A DNA stretch of 43,436 nt, taken from Octopus sinensis (Eukaryota). Each line of letters begins with the position of its first letter. Within the stretch, counting starts at the first letter, position 1. The stretch lies in the NCBI RefSeq assembly GCF_006345805.1, contig NW_021835122.1:1-43436 (forward strand). The letters run 5' to 3'. The notes under the pieces are model-generated. The model saw only the letters and a list, made by a program, of their open reading frames with translations, made no database searches and was not told the DNA's origin. Shown here piece by piece: positions 36,053-43,436 of this stretch. Both the position numbers and the translations under genes were made by a program.

Positions 36053-36159
36053 TTTCAGTCGATTTTTTTTAATTGAAATTTCATTGAAATTGAATACAAT
36101 CAAAAATCGGGTGTGCTAACTGCTGGAAACCATCAATTTGTAATGAAATGTCTGCATTC

Positions 36160-36190
<31 letters not shown>

Positions 36191-36343
36191 AATATATATG
36201 TCTGTGCATGTGTGTGTGTGTTTATGTGTGTGTGTGTGTGTGTGTGTTAGTATGTAGTTCTGTGTATGCGTATCTACGGGTGTATGTATGTTTGAATGTG
36301 TTCCTATATGTATTCGATTGTAGGTAAGTACGTAGGTATGTAG

Positions 36344-36399
36344 GTCTCTCTCTCTCTCTCTCTCTCTCACTCTCTCTCTCTCTCTCTCACTCTCTCTCT

Positions 36400-36438
<39 letters not shown>

Positions 36439-36480
36439 TCTCTCACTCTCTCTCTCACTCTCTCTCTCTCTCTCTCCACT
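36344..36480. repeat. (CT)n tract
   Basis: Directly visible. Confidence 0.95.
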
Positions 36481-37111
36481 CACACATATGTGCGGGTTAT
36501 ATATATATATATATTCATACACAAACACACACACACACATATATATATATACATATATATGTGTATACATACATTCATACACACCTACACGCACACGCAT
36601 GAACGGTCACATTATACGAATAGACACGTAGTTCGATTCCCGTTGGTTTTTCTTTTCTCTCTCCTTCTGTGTGGGTGTGTGTGTGCGAGCCAACGATTGT
36701 GAGCTATTTCTTCGAATGACTTGGTTTCAAACCTCTCTACACCTGAAACCAACTAAAACGAATTAGAGAACAGTCATCTTGTTTTGGGATGGAAAATAAG
36801 CTGAGATACCTGGAAGTGAATGCATATTTCTGTATGCGTGTGGGGTGGTGGTGAGACCTGTAATCATGAACCGAGGACAAAGTACACATAATTAGGCCAT
36901 CACCATTAAAAGTAGTAACTCCGCGTTTTGTGAGATGGGGAGGCACGAGAATTGTGGGCATTCTGATGATCAAAATAGCGCAGGGAACGGAGGGTCAATC
37001 CTGATACCTCATGGTACCTCCTTAAATATACACCATTAGACGACTACGATTCGTCCGTCTGGTGGAAACTGGAGATAAAACCACTGAATGAATTGTAGCA
37101 GTAATTAAGGG

Positions 37112-37230
37112 TGTGTGACCGTGTCATACACTCTGGAATTACTATTATTAAGGGTATACATCTCTGTGGAATACTCAGGCAGTTTTACGTTAATTCAGGA
37201 CAGCGTCGTGGAAGTTGATGGGGATCCATT
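37112..37230 (+). mobile_element. SINE family C, diverged 3' fragment
   Basis: TTAAGGGTATACATCTCTGTGGAATACTCAG...ACGTTAATT resembles about 33103-33150. Confidence 0.55.
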
Positions 37231-37237
37231 CACTTAC

Positions 37238-37582
37238 GTATGTATGTATGTATGTATGTATGTATGTATGTATGTATGTATGTATGTATGTATGTATGTA
37301 TGCGTGTGTGCATGTATGCATGAGTATGCACGTATATATCTATGCAGGAACATGTATATTTATTTAAACACACATAAACTGTATAAACACATAAATACAT
37401 ACAGATTAATATATATATATGTATACTTATATCTTTCTGTATATATGTGTGTACATACATCTGCATACGTTATATATACACATACATGCATGCATGTATG
37501 CATGTATGTATGTATGTATGTATGTAAGTATGTATGTATGTATGTATGTATGTATGTATGTATGTATGTATGTATGTATGTG
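37238..37582. repeat. (TATG)n tracts
   Basis: Directly visible. Confidence 0.9.
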
Positions 37583-38637
37583 CATATGAATGCCTCTCTG
37601 TACTTTTATGAACGGGATTTTTGTATAGAAGAAATGTACTATTGAAATTGAGTTTTTGTGTAGAAGACAGTTTTATTCTTGAAGGATAAAAGAGACTTTT
37701 TGTCTTCCAGTCTTTTACGGAGAAAAGGGCAGATTGGAAGATGAAAATTGATGAGTGAATGGGTGAAACCAGAGGGGCGTAACATGAAATGAATTGAAGA
37801 TAGAGCGGGCGTATTATGCTTATGTATGTGTCTATGTATGTGTGTATGTGTATGGTGGGGAACTGCCGTTAAACTGTGAGAATAGATATGTTAATAGCAA
37901 TTTGCTTTAAAAGTGTTAGTGGGTAGGGAATTCGATGGAATAAATAATAATTAGGTTGTTAGGTAAATAGGTATTAGGTCTCATTATTATGAAGCTAGGT
38001 CGCTGTTTATTAATTCTCAAAAAGACCTCCCTGATTGCTGGTTCACATATATCAGCTTTTCAAGACAGCGCAGATAATTGCTAGTCTTGAAGACTTGTAA
38101 AATATTTAATTTATTTCAATCGTTCTTTGGGTCTAACAACAAAGTAGATTGATTGCTTGATGGGTTGGGGTAGGGGAAGTCATTTCTAGTTCAATACTTT
38201 GCGTACATACTTACAGATATCCATGCATATGTGTGTGAGTATGTGTGAATGAATGTATATTTGCATGTATCTATGTACTGTAGGTATGTATATATGTCAC
38301 CGCTTAAAATTGGATGTCGTGCGAGAACACAAAATACTGCGATAGTTACCATGATAAAACTGGTTCTGTAATTCATTAAAGCATATGTAAACAAGAGTGC
38401 TTATAAGCCCCACAAAACCGTTTGAGAGGTTCTCTCATGGTGACTATCGCAGTATTCAGTGTTCTAATGCAATAAAATCCACTTTTAAACGAGGATAATG
38501 GTAATAAATATTATCTTCTGGTATTAAGTGTGTGGAGCAATGTCGCAGCTTCAACATCTCTAGTCGTCTGATATCAACCGAACAGCGAAGAAAAAGATGT
38601 GCAAACCTCGATGTCTTCCGGTTTTTACATATGAAAT

Positions 38638-38675
<38 letters not shown>

Positions 38676-38702
38676 GTGTGCGTGCGCGTGTGTGTGTGTG
38701 TA

Positions 38703-38919
38703 TCTTTTATCGTTAGCTTGTTTCATTCATTTGACTGCGGCCATGCTATGGGCACCACCTTGAAAGGTTTTAGTCGAACAAATCGCCCCCAGGACTTAAT
38801 TTTTAAAGCCTGGTACTTCTTCTATCGGTCCCTTTTACCGAACTCTTAAGTTACGGAGACCTGAATACACTAACACCGGCTGTCAAGCGGTGATGGGAGA
38901 CAACACACACTTAGATATA

Positions 38920-38969
<50 letters not shown>

Positions 38970-39011
38970 ATATATATATTATATAATTATATATATATAT
39001 ATGTATATATA

Positions 39012-39065
<54 letters not shown>

Positions 39066-39540
39066 TATATATATATTATATTGTGTGTGTGTGTGTGTGT
39101 ATGTGTGTGTGTGTTAGAAGGTTTGGAGATGATGTACAGGTATTTTATATTAGAAGAATGAGGTACTCAGAAATTCGGATGGTTTTTTATATTACAGATA
39201 TTTATTTGTATATTACATGTTTTACACATCATATACATATATCATATATTAGCGCTTTCGCCCATTCTAGGGGCTTTTCAATTGGATGTATAAAAACATG
39301 TAATATACAAATAAATATCTGTAAATATAAAACCATCCGAATTTCTGAGTACCTCATTTCTTCTTTTATATATATATATATATATAAACACGACGGGCTT
39401 CTTTCCCTTTCCGTCTACCAAATCCACTCACAAGGCTTTGGCCGAATCGAGGTTGTAGCAAAAAACACTTGCCCAAGGTGCCACGAAATCATGAGATTGA
39501 GAAGCAAGCAAGCGTCTTACCACACATCCACGCCTGCACC
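38703..39540 (-). mobile_element. SINE family B, split by an expanded (TA)n tract and a nested insertion
   Basis: The 3' half (38703-38910) and 5' half (about 39388-39540) are collinear with family B. Confidence 0.85.
39113..39366. mobile_element. nested insert with ~80-bp inverted repeats and a degenerate hammerhead-like spacer
   Basis: Arms at 39152-39230 and 39285-39364. The spacer on the minus strand reads UUGAAAA-GCCC(CUAGAAU)GGGC-GAAA-GCGC-UA. Confidence 0.7.
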
Positions 39541-39642
39541 TATGTGCATGTGCGCGTGTATATGTATTACTCTACACCAGTATTGAGCATTGTGTAGTCA
39601 ATTTTTCCTCGTGTGGATTCATTATTATTATTGTTGTTGTTA

Positions 39643-39692
<50 letters not shown>

Positions 39693-39712
39693 ATTATTAT
39701 TATTATTATTAT

Positions 39713-39945
39713 CCTTATCATTATCTGATAAAAACCCTGGACTTATTTTACTGAGTATGGTGGAAAGTGTCAGCTGTCCACAGCCAGCAGACGCATGTCT
39801 TAAGAACTCTGCGAAGAACTGTTGCAGAATACAGGATTGGAATTCTTGAGACTCCAGATCCTCCCTTACCGGAAATCTTTAAATAATATTGAGCTAAGGC
39901 AACTGAGTCGCCAAGTAGACAAAGGTCAGTGTAGACCCCATACAT
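39713..39945 (-). mobile_element. 5'-truncated 3' end of an R4/Dong-like LINE
   Basis: Minus strand ...QYYLKI...ILYSATVLRRVLKT (REL-ORF C-terminus). The 3'UTR is homologous to 6867-6933 and ends in (TAA)n. Confidence 0.7.
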
Positions 39946-40102
39946 CTCCTACGATGGGATCCACTAAACCAGTTATTGGTTAGATGAAATTAGGTTTGTA
40001 GGGTTAACTATCCACCCAAAGCGCTGACAAAACCAGCTTCAAGATATACAAGTTGGTAGTCGCTACGTTATCTTTTAGGCCATTTTGCCTCTTATACCTA
40101 TA

Positions 40103-40290
40103 AGGCGGTGAGCTGGTAAAATCGTTGGTATTCCGTCCTTACGTTCTGAGTTCAAATTTCGCCGGGGTCGACTTTGCTTTTCATCCTTTTGGGGTCGATA
40201 CAATAAGTACCAGTTTAGTACTGAGGTCGATGTAATCGACTCAACTCCCCGAAATTGCTGGCCCTTTGCCAAAACTTGAAGCCAATATTA
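40103..40290 (+). mobile_element. SINE family A, internally deleted
   Basis: GGCGGTGAGCTGGTAAAATCGTT...GAGTTCAAATTTCGCCGGGGTCGACTTTGC...GGGGTCGATACAATAAGTACCAG. Confidence 0.85.
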
Positions 40291-42094
40291 ATTAGATGCC
40301 TAATTCTTAGAGCTCCTAATTGGTCGATTAATTTCTATATGTTATCGTTAATCAGTCTGTATGAGAACTCCGTCATTATCACTTCAATTCAGTAGATATC
40401 AGAACAGAAGGGAGTCAATAGTTAAAGAGTTAACCAGGGAAACACAATGAAGGACTGGAAACCTGAATGGATTTAATGAGACAATCAGTAGTTGAGTTAA
40501 TAAATTGAGAATAATAGGACGGAATGAAATGAAGGAAGAATTTAATTATTGCTTAAATGTGCTAATGTGTATCGGAGGAGTAATTATTAATGAAATCAAA
40601 TGGACAGGAATGTAGAGTAATTAAGGATACACGGACAAGTTAACTAACCAATTAGGGACTCTAAGAATAATGGTTTTAATCAGTATCGCCAAAATAGGTA
40701 TGAGAGAAAAAATGGTCCAAGAGACTACCACCTCATAGGTCTTGGGTTCAAATTCACTCAAAGTGATGTCTTCTCTATTTTGGTAAAATATTTAAATCTT
40801 TGTTTATGATTTCATCGAATCACAATTGACTGGATAGATCCATCCCATCGTGGGGGATACATTGCCCCTTTGTTGACCGCAGAATTCGAGGAGGCTCGGT
40901 TCACTAGAGATCTCTGTCTCTGTCTGTCTCTCTTCCTCATCTCTCTCTCTCTCTTCACAAGTATATATAATAATAATATAATATATATATGCATATATAC
41001 ATACGTATATGTACATAATTACATCTATACGTATATATATATATATATATATATATGCATATGTGGGCACAGGACGTTACGAAACGTGTATAGCAAAAGA
41101 ATACGAAGTACGAGTATATGGAATATATGAAGTATTCTTTCGAACAACGAAAGACACAAATGGAAAACAAGACAAACAGCATAAAGAATGACCCGTCATC
41201 AGTTGTTGGTTGTTTTTCTACTCTCGTATTTCGGGCATTTAACAACAATATACGCTTTCGAGAAAACAATTGCTCCCGCAAAGCAAATTAAATAAAATTT
41301 GGGATTTTGCGGAGGGTCAAAATCGGTAACACAAACAGGAAAGGCTGCTAAGCCTAAACGAGGTTGTGATGACGAACGTATAAATCAAGCTTGGGCAAGA
41401 AACAGACAAGAATACGTCTTCCTTGTTCCAGCTACAACGAAGAGAAAGAAAGAAACCCAAGCTAGGAGAAGAAAGAAAGATGGCCTTGGTCACGTGGAAT
41501 TCGCGTGAGCAAGAGAGGAGGAGTGAGGGAGGGAGAGAGTGACAGAGTAATAAGATAGAATAGTGGAAGAAGGGGAGGTAAAGGGATAAGAGAGAGAAAG
41601 AAAGAAAAACGAAAGAGTAAAAAGCTAGAGTTCGCATCAGATTTAAGATAAAACTTACTTGGAAGAGGATGCGTGGCGTTCAATCATATAATTATATATA
41701 TATATATATATACTCATTCATACAGATATGTACATACGTACATTTGTATTACTCATGAGAGGTGCATTAGGTTATGTAGCAACAAATTTACACAACACCC
41801 TAGTATTACTAGGTTTCAAGGTGAAAGAGCAAAAGAAATTGGCGCGGATTCTCCAGATCCAATCAATCAGCGGCACAGTGAGGATTTGTAAGCCATTCCA
41901 AAGAGTCTCCACCTGAGATTCTTTAGGGAAATAGATGCGCACGTTTGGATGTATGCATCGACATTTCAACCAAATTAACTACACACTTACAAACAACGGG
42001 AACTTCCTTAACTCTGAAAGTCTCGATGTTTTCTTAGCGACCGGCTCGAACTCTCTCAAGAAGAACTTAAAACTTAAAGAAAAATATATATACT

Positions 42095-42096
<2 letters not shown>

Positions 42097-42169
<73 letters not shown>

Positions 42170-42188
42170 GAGCGAGAGAGAGAGAGAG
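42097..42188. repeat. (TG)n(AG)n microsatellite
   Basis: Directly visible. A similar (TA)n(GA)n tract runs off the window end at 43373-43436. Confidence 0.95.
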
Positions 42189-42677
42189 TATTTACAGTTC
42201 GATATGTGACCATAGTGAACAGTAAATATAGTGTTGGAAGTTCCGCTTGTTTGCATTACTGAAGCCATTGTAGAGACTCACACAGCTCAACGTGTATTAA
42301 ACTAATTTTATCAACACATTTAAAATGATTCCATAGAAATGAATGAATTAGTCTAAATGAACTGGTTGATTAAAAGACTGAATAGAGGTAATGTTCACCT
42401 AATTAACCGAGATATGAACCCGTTTACTGCGAATATTATCTGTAATAGACTGGCAGCTTAATCCATGAATAGATTTATCTCACGTTTGATTAATAGAATT
42501 AAGTGAGACTCATTCGAAGTTTTAGTTTTAATTATGCGTTGATTTATATAACCCAATCAACAACAACAAAGTATATACACATGCATACCTGTATACATAC
42601 ATTCATATATACATACATCTATAGAGAGATAGATATGTACATATGTGTGTATGTATGTATGTATGTATGTATGTATG

Positions 42678-42711
<34 letters not shown>

Positions 42712-43389
42712 TGTTTGTATGTGTGTATATAAGTATATGATTTATGGCGTAAGAAAGTTTCATTTGAAGTCCCTGCGTATCAGTTATTAAATCCGGTGTT
42801 ATATTTGTAAAAGTGTTGTGTATCATTGTTAAATGACAATATCATAAACGGTCAACAGGTTCGCCTTTCTGTTAAGACTGTGTCACAGCTTGACAGTTTT
42901 AATTCAAACTTTTTATCAATGAGGCATATTTTATCAGTTCTAAACGGCAGCTCGCCTGTCATCAAGAACACACTGCAATAAGAGACCTACTTGTCGACGA
43001 GGAGAAAAGAAAACGTCTCCAGCTTAATATTACAATAGAGGGAACATTCAGCTTGGATTGGAGCTTTAGAATAACTAAGAAGAGAGAGAGAGAGAGAATG
43101 CGAATAAAAGTGTCTTTATGACTCACCAGAGTGGTTTTGAAGTAATTTTGCACTTGTTCATTTGACATAACGTTGCTTATAACGAAATACAAGTGTGAGA
43201 TTCACTGGTTTGCTGCGAAGGAGTTGGCGGTTTTGATTTATTCTGGCATGGCTATCTTTATCATACATCCAAACGTAGACTTAGACTTATAATACACAAC
43301 ATCCACGACGCATATAGACAAAATTAGCGATACACGTGTGCGTATGTGTATAAGTATGGAGGTAAGCATAAATATATATATATATATAT

Positions 43390-43436
<47 letters not shown>

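Noticed and set aside
36900-37050. Possible additional LINE C-terminal remnant (VRWGG...)
   Set aside because: Similarity too weak to support without a profile search.

Overview
AT-rich, repeat-saturated animal DNA that is intronic or intergenic. The extreme microsatellite density and three tRNA-derived SINE families resemble octopus (coleoid cephalopod) genomes; this is recognition from memory, not a database result. I find no intact host gene, tRNA, rRNA or CRISPR array, and most ORFs in the track are microsatellite artefacts. Supported content: (i) three SINE families in about 19 copies or fragments, including two inverted pairs and a ~1.13-kb tandem duplication; (ii) a decayed R4/Dong-clade non-LTR retrotransposon (RT plus restriction-like endonuclease) and several 5'-truncated 3' ends, all in (TAA)n tracts; (iii) several decayed RTE-like RT fragments; (iv) a non-autonomous Helitron, a pogo/Tigger-like MITE with a 14-bp internal array, and a possible piggyBac-type MITE; (v) most notably, short non-coding inserts in or next to (TA)n tracts that carry minimal type-I hammerhead-ribozyme motifs, some as inverted duplications, as described for Penelope-like elements. 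Coordinates were read by eye and may be off by a few bases.
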